DNA from: Saprospiraceae bacterium
GTDB taxonomy: Bacteria; Bacteroidota; Bacteroidia; Chitinophagales; Saprospiraceae
Direction of reading: 5' to 3'
Length of the DNA stretch: 54,103 bases
NCBI GenBank assembly: GCA_035268885.1
Contig: DATFKA010000149.1
Location: 1 to 54,103 of the forward strand
Shown here: piece after piece, positions 19,594-29,458 of the stretch
Layout: every line of letters starts with the position of its first letter
Position numbering within the stretch: the first letter of the stretch is position 1
The notes under the pieces: generated by a model
What the model was told of the DNA's origin: nothing
The model's database searches: none
Seen by the model: only the letters and a program-made list of their open reading frames with translations
Program-made: the position numbers and the translations under genes

Positions 19594-19610
19594 ATCAGTA
19601 TCCGTTAGTC

Positions 19611-19645
19611 ATGTGTCGGGTGTCATGTGTCATGTGTCATGTGTC
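19611..19645. repeat. tandem heptamer repeat (ATGTGTC)x5 in the murG-murC intergenic spacer
   Basis: atgtgtc gggtgtc atgtgtc atgtgtc atgtgtc read directly. Confidence 0.9.
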
Positions 19646-19653
19646 CCGGTTAT

Positions 19654-20760
19654 TTATTTTTTAACAAGCTTTAGCACCTCCTTTGCGATGGCATCGGCGG
19701 CATTGGGTTTAGCGAGTTGCTTTATATTATCGCTTAGTGCTTTCAATTTTTCGGGTTCGGCCAGTAATTCCTGTGCTTTGGCCAAAATATTTTCCTGCGC
19801 CTCTGCGTCTTTGACCATTACGGCAGCCTGGCGCTCTACCAGTGCCATGGCATTTTTTGTCTGATGATCCTCGGCTACATTAGGCGAAGGAATCAGGATA
19901 GCCGGTTGTCCCAGCAGGCACAATTCCGAGATGGTCAGGGCACCGGCGCGACAAACCACCACATCGGCCACTGCGTAGGCCAGGTCCATCCGGTCTACGA
20001 ATGGCAAGAGGCGTACTCTTTCGTGCCGGGCCATTTCGGTGTTTTTATATTGTTCATAGTACAGTTTACCTACCTGCCAGATAATCTGAACTCCTGGATC
20101 CAGTGACAGGCGATCGGCATTGGCAGCCATCGCTTTATTAATCGAGGCAGCTCCCAGACTCCCTCCAAAGACGAAAATGGTCTTGAGGCCGGGATTTAGA
20201 CCAAAGTGCCGATAGGCTTCTCTTTTATCCCTTGCTTTCGCAAAATAATCGGTACGTACCGGATTACCGGTTTGGACAATTTTTCCGGCGGGGAAAAATT
20301 GCTCCATCCCCTCGTAAGCCACGCATATCCGATCTGCCTTTTTCGCTAATAGCTTATTCGTCATCCCGGCGTAGGAATTTTGCTCCTGAATCAGGCTGGG
20401 TACCCCCATACGGGAAGCTACTTCGAGTAAAGGACCACTAGCGTAGCCTCCTACTCCAACCACTACCTGGGGTTTGAAGCTGCGGACAATCATCCAGGAG
20501 CGCAACAAGCTCCAGACTAATTTGACCGGGAATAACAGGTTTTTTAGCGAAAACTTACGCTGAAAACCACTGATCCACAGACCTTTTATCGGATAACCCG
20601 CATTCGGGACTTTTTCCATTTCTAATTTGCCCCTGGCACCAACGAATAATATCTTTGCCACCGGGGCCTGGGCATGGATCGCATCGGCAATAGCAATTGC
20701 CGGGAAAACGTGTCCTCCCGTTCCACCGCCACTGATAATGATATTGATGCGCTTATCCAT
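19654..20760 (-). CDS. murG: UDP-GlcNAc--undecaprenyl-PP-MurNAc-pentapeptide GlcNAc transferase
   Basis: 368 aa; GT28 N-terminal GGTGGHVFPA motif. Confidence 0.93.
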   Translation of the reverse strand: MDKRINIIISGGGTGGHVFPAIAIADAIHAQAPVAKILFVGARGKLEMEKVPNAGYPIKGLWISGFQRKFSLKNLLFPVKLVWSLLRSWMIVRSFKPQVVVGVGGYASGPLLEVASRMGVPSLIQEQNSYAGMTNKLLAKKADRICVAYEGMEQFFPAGKIVQTGNPVRTDYFAKARDKREAYRHFGLNPGLKTIFVFGGSLGAASINKAMAANADRLSLDPGVQIIWQVGKLYYEQYKNTEMARHERVRLLPFVDRMDLAYAVADVVVCRAGALTISELCLLGQPAILIPSPNVAEDHQTKNAMALVERQAAVMVKDAEAQENILAKAQELLAEPEKLKALSDNIKQLAKPNAADAIAKEVLKLVKK

Positions 20761-20764
20761 ATAC

Positions 20765-21907
20765 TTAAGATTCGTAGCTTATGCTGTCAATAAATTTACT
20801 TACACTCAATATGATCCCTACCGATATACAGGTAAAGAGGATCGAAGTCCCTCCCTTACTGATGATCGGGAGCGTGATCCCCGTCACCGGTACCAGGTGC
20901 ACGGACACCGCAATATTGATAAATGCGTGTAGCAACAAACTCAATCCCAGACCAATCGCGGCCATAGCCCCAAAAGCCTTAGGTGATTTTGTCACGATCC
21001 GGGTTACCCGGAAAAAGAACAATACGTAGAGCCCAATCACGATTCCGCCGCCAATCAGCCCGTATTCTTCACAAATAATAGCGTAAATAAAGTCGGCGTG
21101 GGCGTAGGGCAGATAATTCCGCTGAATACTATTCCCGGGGCCTAAACCAAAAATACCACCGTTCGCAATCGCTATTTTTGATTGTTGGGTCTGGTATCCC
21201 CCTTCGGGATTATTTCTAAACTCGAGCAATCGGCTCTGCCAGGTATCCGTCCGAATAATATCCGTGAAGTCACCCAGAATAATCAGGATGGAAAAACCCA
21301 CAATCCCCAGCAAGAGCAGAAGCAAAATAAAAGGAATGGACACCCGTCCGACAAACATCATCATTACCGCCGTCAGAAAAAGGACCAATGCCCCCGATAA
21401 ATCCGCCGGAGCAATCAAACCACAGACCAGCAATACGGGTACGATAATGGGTAGAAAGGCACTTCTAAAGTCCTTAATGTACTCCTGTTTGGAAGATATT
21501 TCACGGGCGATGTATAACACCAGTGCTAATTTCGCAAAATCCGAAGTCTGGAAGGTCAATCCTACAAAGGGGATCTGCACCCAGCGTCGGGCATCGTTCA
21601 GTTCTACCCCATAGGCCAGCGTATAAACCAATAAGGGGATGGAAGCCACCATCATAAAGGGCGCCAGCTTCTTGAAGGTCATGTAATCAAAAAGATGGCA
21701 GACGTAAGCCAGGAATATTCCACCCAGCAGGATCAGTCCGTGCTTGATGAGATAGACCTCCGTATTACCACCAGCATACTTGTACGCCAGGGTCCCGGTA
21801 GAGCTGTAGACCGCCAGGATAGAGAAGACGGATAGCAGCACCAGGATTCCCCAGATGGCTTTGTCGCCTTTCAGTTCGGCATTTAGTTTTGTGATTACTG
21901 ATGACAT
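20765..21907 (-). CDS. ftsW: SEDS-family peptidoglycan glycosyltransferase FtsW
   Basis: 380 aa polytopic membrane protein between murD and murG. Confidence 0.88.
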   Translation of the reverse strand: MSSVITKLNAELKGDKAIWGILVLLSVFSILAVYSSTGTLAYKYAGGNTEVYLIKHGLILLGGIFLAYVCHLFDYMTFKKLAPFMMVASIPLLVYTLAYGVELNDARRWVQIPFVGLTFQTSDFAKLALVLYIAREISSKQEYIKDFRSAFLPIIVPVLLVCGLIAPADLSGALVLFLTAVMMMFVGRVSIPFILLLLLLGIVGFSILIILGDFTDIIRTDTWQSRLLEFRNNPEGGYQTQQSKIAIANGGIFGLGPGNSIQRNYLPYAHADFIYAIICEEYGLIGGGIVIGLYVLFFFRVTRIVTKSPKAFGAMAAIGLGLSLLLHAFINIAVSVHLVPVTGITLPIISKGGTSILFTCISVGIILSVSKFIDSISYES

Positions 21908-21960
21908 AAGTTATGTTATTAAACCCCTTCAGGGCTGTTGAGACAAGGCATGCCTTGTCT

Positions 21961-23265
21961 TTACTTTATGTTGTTGACGGCGGCTTTGAATTGATTGCCG
22001 CGATCAATGTAATTGTTAAACAGGTCAAAGCTGGCGCAGGCGGGTGATAATAGTACCGTACTGCCAGGCTGGGCCGCTTTTTTGGCGAAAGCCAGTGCCT
22101 GCTTTATATCCTGTGTTTCAATGATCTTTGTCGGCAGTAGGTTTCCGAAGGCTTCTTTTAGCGGTCGGTTATCTACGCCCAGGCAAATTAGCTGTTGGAC
22201 TTTCTCCCTGGCTAATACCTGTAATTGACGGTAATCATTTCCCTTGTCCTGTCCGCCCGCGATCCAGATCACGGGTTTGGAGACAGCTTCCAGTGCGTAA
22301 TAGGCCGCATCCACATTAGTGGCTTTGCTATCGTTGATGTAGCGTACCCCATCTATGGAGGCTACTAATTCCATACGGTGCGGATCGTTTTTAAAACTTT
22401 CCAGTCCCGCCTGAATTTGTTCGGCCTTTATCCCTAATTCAAGTGCAACGCGAATCGCAAATTGTGCATTCATCGCGTTATGCCGCCCCAGCAAAGCCGT
22501 ATTCAGCAGGTTAAAATTGAGGTCACCCATCATTAGGTGACCTTCAACGAAATACTTACTGTTAATGGCTTTTAAGGAAACGGTCAGATCCAATTCCTTC
22601 AGCTTAGCGCTGATGTTTTGGTCTTCTTCGTTATACAGCAGCACGTCAGCCGCCGTTTGATTCATCGCAATCCGAAATTTGGCTGCGATGTAATTTTCCA
22701 TTTTATAATCATACCGATCCAGATGATCCGGAGAGATATTCAAAAGCATGGCAATATTTGGACGAAAGTCCACTATACCGTCCAACTGGAAGCTACTCAG
22801 CTCCAGTACCTGCCATTCGAATTCTCGCTCCGCTACATTCCTGGCAAAACTATAGCCCACATTACCGCCAATCCCTACGTCCAGCCCCGCTTCTTTTAGC
22901 AGGTGATAGGTCAGGCGAGTGGTGGTGGTCTTGCCATTGGTACCGGTAATTCCTACAATCTTTGATTGGGTATGCCTTGCGGCAAATTCAATTTCAGAGA
23001 TCACGGGGATACCCTTTTCTTTCAATTGTTGAATCAGCGGGATGCTATCCGGAATACCCGGACTTTTTACGACCTCCGTAGCTTTCGTGATCCGCTCTTC
23101 ATCGTGCTGGCCTTCCTCGTATGGAATACCTTTATCTTTTAATTCGGCCTGATAAGCGGCCTGTATTTTTCCGTAATCAGAGACAAAAGCCCCGTAGCCC
23201 AACTTTTTGGCCAATAAGGCCGCTCCTACCCCACTCTCACCCGCTCCTAAGACTACTATCTGCAT
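21961..23265 (-). CDS. murD: UDP-N-acetylmuramoylalanine--D-glutamate ligase
   Basis: 434 aa; GITGTNGKTTTT P-loop; N-terminal Rossmann VLGAGESG. Confidence 0.93.
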   Translation of the reverse strand: MQIVVLGAGESGVGAALLAKKLGYGAFVSDYGKIQAAYQAELKDKGIPYEEGQHDEERITKATEVVKSPGIPDSIPLIQQLKEKGIPVISEIEFAARHTQSKIVGITGTNGKTTTTRLTYHLLKEAGLDVGIGGNVGYSFARNVAEREFEWQVLELSSFQLDGIVDFRPNIAMLLNISPDHLDRYDYKMENYIAAKFRIAMNQTAADVLLYNEEDQNISAKLKELDLTVSLKAINSKYFVEGHLMMGDLNFNLLNTALLGRHNAMNAQFAIRVALELGIKAEQIQAGLESFKNDPHRMELVASIDGVRYINDSKATNVDAAYYALEAVSKPVIWIAGGQDKGNDYRQLQVLAREKVQQLICLGVDNRPLKEAFGNLLPTKIIETQDIKQALAFAKKAAQPGSTVLLSPACASFDLFNNYIDRGNQFKAAVNNIK

Positions 23266-23268
23266 GAT

Positions 23269-24537
23269 CTAGCGCACTTTAAGGGTGATCAGGGCAATGA
23301 CCGCTAATAATATCCCAACGATCCAAAAGCGATTGACAATTTTCACTTCGTGCATACCACCAATCTGATAGTGATGATGCAAGGGGGACATTCTAAATAC
23401 GCGGCGCCCCTCTCCGTATTTCTTTTTGGTGTATTTGAAATAAGAGACCTGGATAATCACCGATAGACTCTCAATCAGAAATATTCCGCAGATAATCGGT
23501 ATCAGCAACTCCTTGCGCAGAATCACGGCTAAAGCCCCAATAATACCGCCCAGGGTTAAACTTCCGGTATCGCCCATAAAAACCTGTGCCGGATAAGAAT
23601 TGTACCAAAGAAATCCGATACAAGCACCAACCAAACTAGCCGAGAAAATCACCAGTTCTCCCGTACCCGGCAGGTGCAGGATATTCAGATAGTTCGCCGT
23701 AATGGCGTTACCCGAAAGGTAAGCGAACAAACCCAGCGTTACGGCAACAATCCCCGAGACGCCCGTAGCCAGACCATCCAAACCATCTGTAAGGTTAGCA
23801 CCGTTCGATACTGCCGTTACGATGAAAATCACCAGTGGGACAAAGATGATCCAGACCCAGTTCCGGGCGACACTGGCCTTGAGCGGTAATAACCAGGCAT
23901 AATCCAGGTGATTCCCCTTCAGGAAAGGCACGTTGGTCAGGTTCGTTTTATAATCTCCTTTTTCCACCAGTGTACCATTATCCAGTCTCACTTCGATAAA
24001 CTCGCCAATGCGATCTTCGTCGGACAGGCCAATTTCTTGGGCAGCACCCGTTTCCAGGCGAACGACAATATCTTCGCTAAAGATCATCGTCAGCGCGATA
24101 ATAAAGCCCAGCCCCACTTGCCCCAGAATTTTGAAAATCCCACGCAGCCCTTTCTTATTTTTACGGAAGACTTTGATGTAATCATCCACAAAACCAATGG
24201 CAGCCATCCAGACGGTAGACAAGAGAATAAGAATAATGTATACATTACTCAGGTCCGCAAATAACAGCGATGGAATAAGCGTAGCCATAATGATGATCAC
24301 GCCACCCATAGTAGGCGTACCCTCCTTCTGTTTTTGGCCGTCGAGCCCCAGATCTCTAACCGATTCTCCGATTTGCAATCTTTTCAAATACTTGATAATC
24401 CTACTGCCAAATAACATGGAGATAATGAGCGATACGATGATCGCACTTCCCGCCCGGAAAGAGATATAATCGAACAGGCCGATTCCGGGCTTATCTCCCA
24501 ATACATTATTTAACCAGTTGACTAATTCAATAAGCAT
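23269..24537 (-). CDS. mraY: phospho-N-acetylmuramoyl-pentapeptide transferase
   Basis: 422 aa polytopic membrane protein; [10 protein letters not shown] motif. Confidence 0.95.
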   Translation of the reverse strand: MLIELVNWLNNVLGDKPGIGLFDYISFRAGSAIIVSLIISMLFGSRIIKYLKRLQIGESVRDLGLDGQKQKEGTPTMGGVIIIMATLIPSLLFADLSNVYIILILLSTVWMAAIGFVDDYIKVFRKNKKGLRGIFKILGQVGLGFIIALTMIFSEDIVVRLETGAAQEIGLSDEDRIGEFIEVRLDNGTLVEKGDYKTNLTNVPFLKGNHLDYAWLLPLKASVARNWVWIIFVPLVIFIVTAVSNGANLTDGLDGLATGVSGIVAVTLGLFAYLSGNAITANYLNILHLPGTGELVIFSASLVGACIGFLWYNSYPAQVFMGDTGSLTLGGIIGALAVILRKELLIPIICGIFLIESLSVIIQVSYFKYTKKKYGEGRRVFRMSPLHHHYQIGGMHEVKIVNRFWIVGILLAVIALITLKVR

Positions 24538-24569
24538 GTGTTAAGTGGTTTTTCTTGTATTAGCAAGGG

Positions 24570-26033
24570 CTAATTATCAAGTTGAAATTCCTCTTTTAGA
24601 ATTTCTTTATCGTCAAAGGGATATTTCACCCCTTTTATTTCCTGATACTTCTCATGGCCCTTTCCGGCCACCAGAATGACATCTCCCTCCCGGGCCAGCT
24701 GGCAAGCCGTACGGATAGCCTGTCGCCGATCGGTGATACGGAGGGTTTTTCTTTTTAAATCCTCATCCAGCCCCCCTTCCATCTCCTTAATAATGGCATC
24801 AGGCTCCTCCGATCGGGGGTTATCAGCCGTCAAGATCACCTGACTACTATTTCTTGCGGCAATCTGTGCCATCTGGGGCCGCTTGGCCCGATCTCGATCT
24901 CCTCCACAACCGACTACCGTTACGATCCGACTTTTCGAATCTTTTACCTGTCGGATGGTCTCCAGGACTTTCTCCAGGGCATCTGGTGTGTGGGCATAAT
25001 CCACGATGCCAATGATCCCCTTTCTAGGTTCCCGAACGTAGTCGAATCTTCCTTCGGCTGCTTTCAGGCTGCTAATCGCCTGTAATACAGCTACTTCTTC
25101 CTCTTCCATCAAGCGGGCTACTCCGTAAGCCGCCAGCAGATTGTAAGCGTTAAACCCTCCGATCAGTCGGGTATACACTTCTTGTTCTCCCAGTCGCAGA
25201 TGCAGCCCCAATAAGCTATTCTCAATGATTTTCCCTCTAAAGTCTGCCATCTTGAGCAGGCTGTAGGTCTGTACGCTAGCTTTAGTATTTTGCACCATTA
25301 CCCGCCCTCGCTTGTCATCGATATTCACCAGTGCAAAAGCACTTTTGGGCAAATCATCAAAGAAGCGTTTCTTCGCCTGGATATAAGCGGCAAAAGTACC
25401 GTGGTAATCCAGGTGGTCGTGGCTCATATTGGTGAAGACCGCCGCCCGGAATTGCAGCCCGGCAATCCGGCGCTGATCCACAGCGTGAGAACTCACTTCC
25501 ATGAAAGCGTAAGTACATCCCGCTTCCACCATATCTTGTAAAAGTGCATTGATGGCGATTACATCGGGGGTGGTATGCGTCGCAGGGACCGTCACTCCGG
25601 CAACCTGATTTTGTACCGTCGAAAGTAAGCCACATTTGTAACCCAGCTTCACGAATAAATCGTAAAGCAAAGTAACCGTCGTGGTTTTGCCATTGGTGCC
25701 CGTCACTCCGATGAGTCGTAACTTTTCGGAAGGGTGGTCAAAAAAATGGCTGGCCATCTTCCCCATGGTTTCCGCCGTGGAGCGAACCTGAACGAAGCAC
25801 ACGCCTTGCGGCAAATCCCCTGGCAGGTTTTCACAGACAATGGCCTTAGCGCCCGCAGCGATCGCTTTGGGGATAAACTGATGGCCATCGACCTGAGTAC
25901 CCTCCCGGGCAAAAAACAAACTCTCCGACTCCACTTTTCGGGAATCGAAATCCAGTTTCTTGATGTCAATATTTATCGATCCCACTACTTTTAGCGGGTC
26001 GCATGATTCTAATAAATCACTTAATAGCTTCAT
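24570..26033 (-). CDS. murE: UDP-N-acetylmuramoyl-L-alanyl-D-glutamate--2,6-diaminopimelate ligase
   Basis: 487 aa; GVTGTNGKTT P-loop and DNPR(SE) motif characteristic of MurE. Confidence 0.9.
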   Translation of the reverse strand: MKLLSDLLESCDPLKVVGSINIDIKKLDFDSRKVESESLFFAREGTQVDGHQFIPKAIAAGAKAIVCENLPGDLPQGVCFVQVRSTAETMGKMASHFFDHPSEKLRLIGVTGTNGKTTTVTLLYDLFVKLGYKCGLLSTVQNQVAGVTVPATHTTPDVIAINALLQDMVEAGCTYAFMEVSSHAVDQRRIAGLQFRAAVFTNMSHDHLDYHGTFAAYIQAKKRFFDDLPKSAFALVNIDDKRGRVMVQNTKASVQTYSLLKMADFRGKIIENSLLGLHLRLGEQEVYTRLIGGFNAYNLLAAYGVARLMEEEEVAVLQAISSLKAAEGRFDYVREPRKGIIGIVDYAHTPDALEKVLETIRQVKDSKSRIVTVVGCGGDRDRAKRPQMAQIAARNSSQVILTADNPRSEEPDAIIKEMEGGLDEDLKRKTLRITDRRQAIRTACQLAREGDVILVAGKGHEKYQEIKGVKYPFDDKEILKEEFQLDN

Positions 26034-28177
26034 CGTAAATAAAGCGTTATCTCCTGCCCACGGATGGAGGTCCCCGGGATTAGTGACTGACGAGCCACTT
26101 TTCCAAAACCTTCAATTTTCACCCGTAGGCCTCTATTTTCTAATACGTACAGCGCATCTTTCAGCCCCATACCCGTAACGGCGGGGACTACTTTTTCGGA
26201 AAGGGTTTTTTCCTGTAGGAGCAGCGAATCCTGATCATTTCGCAGTACGGCTATCTCCGTTTGCGGATCACCGTAGTGGGGCATCTGGAAATAGGTAAGT
26301 AACTTGTCCAGGTCTTCTCCGTAACCAACATCGTAATCGGGTAAGAGGCGACCTCTCATCTGGCTAGCGGCCAGGTAGGGTAATTCTTCGTGCAATTGAA
26401 TTTCTGCGCCGAAGCATTCGTCCGCAATCTTTTTAAATACCGGGCCGGCTACCTCGCTACCATAATTACCATGCAGGCGTGGATTATTTACCACGACAAT
26501 ACAACTGTAGACCGGATTATCCGCCGGAAAATACCCAACGAAAGAAGCCTGATATCCTCCTACCTGGGTTCCCCCGTCAAAACGCTTGTAATTAATCTGT
26601 GCCGTACCCGTTTTACCGGCAAAGCTATATTCTTCAGACTTTAACTTCTTCGCTGTTCCTTCTTCCACGACGCCCTGTAACAACTCCTGCAGGGCCGCGA
26701 TGGAGGCTTTCTTCGCTATTTGCTTTTTGATGACCGTTGGCTTGAAGGTCTTTTTCACCTCTCCAAAACGTTGTACCTCCGTCACCAAATAAGGCTTCAT
26801 CATGGTTCCATTATTGGCAATGGCGTTATAAAAAGTCAATAATTGTAGTGGCGTCAACTCCAGCTCGTAGCCAATCGACATCCAGGGCAGCGTGGTTCCA
26901 CTCCAGTTATCTTCGGCCGAATAGGCTTCCTTGATGTAAGGATTGTCTTCTCCTTTGATCTCAATACCCGTGGGGATATGCAGGTTGAATTGCTTAAGTC
27001 GCTTGATAAAGCGTTCTGCGCCTTCTTCCTTATTCATTTTCGTCCGCGAACCGTAGTGTTGGGTCACCATTTTTGAGATACCTACGTTAGAGGATATCTC
27101 AAAAGCTTTACGAATGCTTACGGAATCGGATAAAAAGCTCTCCGGTGAGGAATCCACCATGCGTTCATCGTAATACTCCCACTCTCCCCGATTGATAAAG
27201 ACAGTATCATTCAGATTGATATAACCATCTTCCAATAAAGCCAGTATACTAGCGGCCTTAAAGGTAGAGCCTGGCTCCACGGCGGTACCCACGGCCCGAT
27301 TGTAGGCTTCCCAGTACCCATTACGCACCTTATCCAGATTCGCGATGGCTTTGATCTGACCGGTTTTTACCTCCATCAATACGGCAGATCCCCAGTCGGC
27401 CTGGTGGTATTTCACCGCATCCAACAGGGCTTGCTCCACAATGTCCTGCAGATTAATATCCAGCGTCGTTTTTATATCATCCCCACTTTCGGGGTCAATT
27501 TCCATTAGATCGTCTACCGGCACCCATAAGTCGCGGCGTTTATCTACACAAACCATAAATTGTCCGCCGGGATCCCCTTCCAATATATCATTAAAGTAAC
27601 CCTCCAGGCCTACCGGATTAGCCCCCTCACGGATATAGCCGATGGTTCGCTGTGCCAGCAGTCCAAAAGGCAGGCGGCGATCACTGGCCCGCTCGTCAAT
27701 CAACCCGCCTTGAAACTGCCCCAGCTTAAATAGCGGGAACTGTTCAATCTGTTGTTTGACCGAATAAGAAACTTTCTTGGCAATCGGACGGTAACGATTT
27801 GAGGTATCGGTCCGCCATTCTAATAACTGCTCGCGGTATCCACCCACGGTATAACTCTGATCCACAAAGGTGGCCAGACAATAGGCAAGGGTATCCAGGT
27901 TTTCATTAAAATCTTCATCGGAAGCGGCAAGTGGATCAAAATACAGATCGTAATAAGGAATACTGGTAGCCAGTACACTACCATCTGCGGCAATGATATT
28001 TCCGCGCTCCGCTTCTATTTCCTTATACTTCAGGAATACTTCTTCTCCCTTGGCTTTCCACTTATCTCCATTCAGGACACCAATTACCAGGGTGCGCCCA
28101 AAGAGGACACCCGCTATCACCATGACGATGATCAGCAAGGCATAAACCCGGTACAGTACTTCGTTCTTAATGTCCAT
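26030..28177 (-). CDS. ftsI: peptidoglycan D,D-transpeptidase FtsI (class B PBP)
   Basis: Dimerisation domain plus transpeptidase domain with STFK and KTGT motifs; 4-bp overlap with murE; start MDIKNEV at 28177 preferred over the longer ORF that overlaps ftsL. Confidence 0.88.
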   Translation of the reverse strand: MDIKNEVLYRVYALLIIVMVIAGVLFGRTLVIGVLNGDKWKAKGEEVFLKYKEIEAERGNIIAADGSVLATSIPYYDLYFDPLAASDEDFNENLDTLAYCLATFVDQSYTVGGYREQLLEWRTDTSNRYRPIAKKVSYSVKQQIEQFPLFKLGQFQGGLIDERASDRRLPFGLLAQRTIGYIREGANPVGLEGYFNDILEGDPGGQFMVCVDKRRDLWVPVDDLMEIDPESGDDIKTTLDINLQDIVEQALLDAVKYHQADWGSAVLMEVKTGQIKAIANLDKVRNGYWEAYNRAVGTAVEPGSTFKAASILALLEDGYINLNDTVFINRGEWEYYDERMVDSSPESFLSDSVSIRKAFEISSNVGISKMVTQHYGSRTKMNKEEGAERFIKRLKQFNLHIPTGIEIKGEDNPYIKEAYSAEDNWSGTTLPWMSIGYELELTPLQLLTFYNAIANNGTMMKPYLVTEVQRFGEVKKTFKPTVIKKQIAKKASIAALQELLQGVVEEGTAKKLKSEEYSFAGKTGTAQINYKRFDGGTQVGGYQASFVGYFPADNPVYSCIVVVNNPRLHGNYGSEVAGPVFKKIADECFGAEIQLHEELPYLAASQMRGRLLPDYDVGYGEDLDKLLTYFQMPHYGDPQTEIAVLRNDQDSLLLQEKTLSEKVVPAVTGMGLKDALYVLENRGLRVKIEGFGKVARQSLIPGTSIRGQEITLYLR

Positions 28178-28181
28178 CCTG

Positions 28182-28499
28182 CTATTCCTTGATAATGATT
28201 TTCTGTGGCTTATCTTCGGCCACCTCCAGGCCAAGGCCCTTTACATTTTTCGCAATTTCAGAGCGGCGACTTTTATACATATTCTCCGCTTCCAAAGTCA
28301 TATAGTACCAGCGAATCTCTTTGAGTTCGCGCCGTAATTCCTGTATTTCCCGCACATTGCGCTCGGCGTAATGGGCATTAGCAATGTAGATCATAGCCAG
28401 GAAGCCTAAAAACAGTGCAAAAAGCACGTTTTTGAGGATCAGATCTGAGGTCAGAAAGCTCAGCTCGAAAAATTGTCCTACTCCTTTATTCCTGGCCAT
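28182..28499 (-). CDS. ftsL: cell division protein FtsL-like
   Basis: 105 aa; single TM helix followed by a coiled-coil (REIQELRRELKEIRWYYMTLEAEN); positioned between rsmH and ftsI. Confidence 0.7.
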   Translation of the reverse strand: MARNKGVGQFFELSFLTSDLILKNVLFALFLGFLAMIYIANAHYAERNVREIQELRRELKEIRWYYMTLEAENMYKSRRSEIAKNVKGLGLEVAEDKPQKIIIKE

Positions 28500-28531
28500 G
28501 GTTTGGCGGTTTTTCTCTTTTTAGTTTCTTT

Positions 28532-28556
28532 GGAGACGCCAGCTTGGCGTCTTTAC
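28532..28556. repeat. palindromic element GGAGACGCCAGCTTGGCGTCTTTAC (8-bp stem hairpin) directly after the rsmH stop
   Basis: agacgcca-gct-tggcgtct; a near-identical copy at 18221-18245. Confidence 0.85.
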
Positions 28557-29458
28557 TGTTTCTTTCGCTCTCCGGCACGTAGCTTTGCGCTGCGGGCACG
28601 GGAGTTTTCCCGTATTTCTTCCTCCGTGGGGAGGATGGCTTTTTTCGTTAGCACCTTGAAGGGGCGGTATATATTTCCATAAAAGTCCTTATCGTATTTC
28701 CCCTCTGCATTGCCTGCTTTCAGGTAATTCTTAACCAGGCGATCTTCCAGCGAATGATAGGTAATCACCGATAGCCGACCTTCTTCTTTTAGCACTTCAA
28801 TGCTTTGGGCTAAAAAATCCTGCAGCGCCCCCATCTCGTCATTCACTTCAATGCGCAATGCCTGGAAGACCTGTGATAGATAACGCAAGCGCTGACCCCG
28901 AATCACCGGGTCCATTACGGATAATAAATCCTGGATGGTTCGAATCGGGCGTACTTTACGTTCTTTTACCAGGTGTTGTGCCAGGGTTCGTGCATTTCGC
29001 ACTTCGCCGTATTCGCCCAAAACCCTTTGCAGTTCCTCAGCGGAGTATGCTGCCAGTACATCCTGAGCACTGACTTCTTGCTCCTGATTCATCCGCATAT
29101 CCAATTCCGCATCAAAGCGATAAGAGAAGCCGCGTTCGGCTACGTCCAACTGATGGGAGGATACACCCAGATCCGCCAGGACACCATCTACCTGCTCTAC
29201 CTTGTATAAGCGCAAAAAACGCTTGAGGTAACGAAAGTTGCTCGGCACAAACTGAAAACGAGGATCATCCAATGCATTGGCTTTCGCGTCGGCATCCTGA
29301 TCAAATCCAAACAACTTCCCTTCTGGTCCAAGCTGCTCTAATATCAATTTGCTGTGCCCACCGCCGCCGTAGGTAACATCCACGTAGACCCCATCGGGTT
29401 GGATATTCAAAATATCCACGGAGGCTTGCGCTAAAACAGGTTGGTGGTAAGTGGTCAT
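28553..29458 (-). CDS. rsmH: 16S rRNA (cytosine1402-N4)-methyltransferase
   Basis: 301 aa; HQPVLAQASVDILN N-terminus and SAM-binding VDVTYGGGGHS. Confidence 0.93.
   Translation of the reverse strand: MTTYHQPVLAQASVDILNIQPDGVYVDVTYGGGGHSKLILEQLGPEGKLFGFDQDADAKANALDDPRFQFVPSNFRYLKRFLRLYKVEQVDGVLADLGVSSHQLDVAERGFSYRFDAELDMRMNQEQEVSAQDVLAAYSAEELQRVLGEYGEVRNARTLAQHLVKERKVRPIRTIQDLLSVMDPVIRGQRLRYLSQVFQALRIEVNDEMGALQDFLAQSIEVLKEEGRLSVITYHSLEDRLVKNYLKAGNAEGKYDKDFYGNIYRPFKVLTKKAILPTEEEIRENSRARSAKLRAGERKKQ

Noticed and set aside
24570-26033. Whether this Mur ligase is MurF rather than MurE
   Set aside because: Carries the DNPR motif and sits in the murE position between ftsI and mraY; MurF is typically absent from Bacteroidota dcw clusters.
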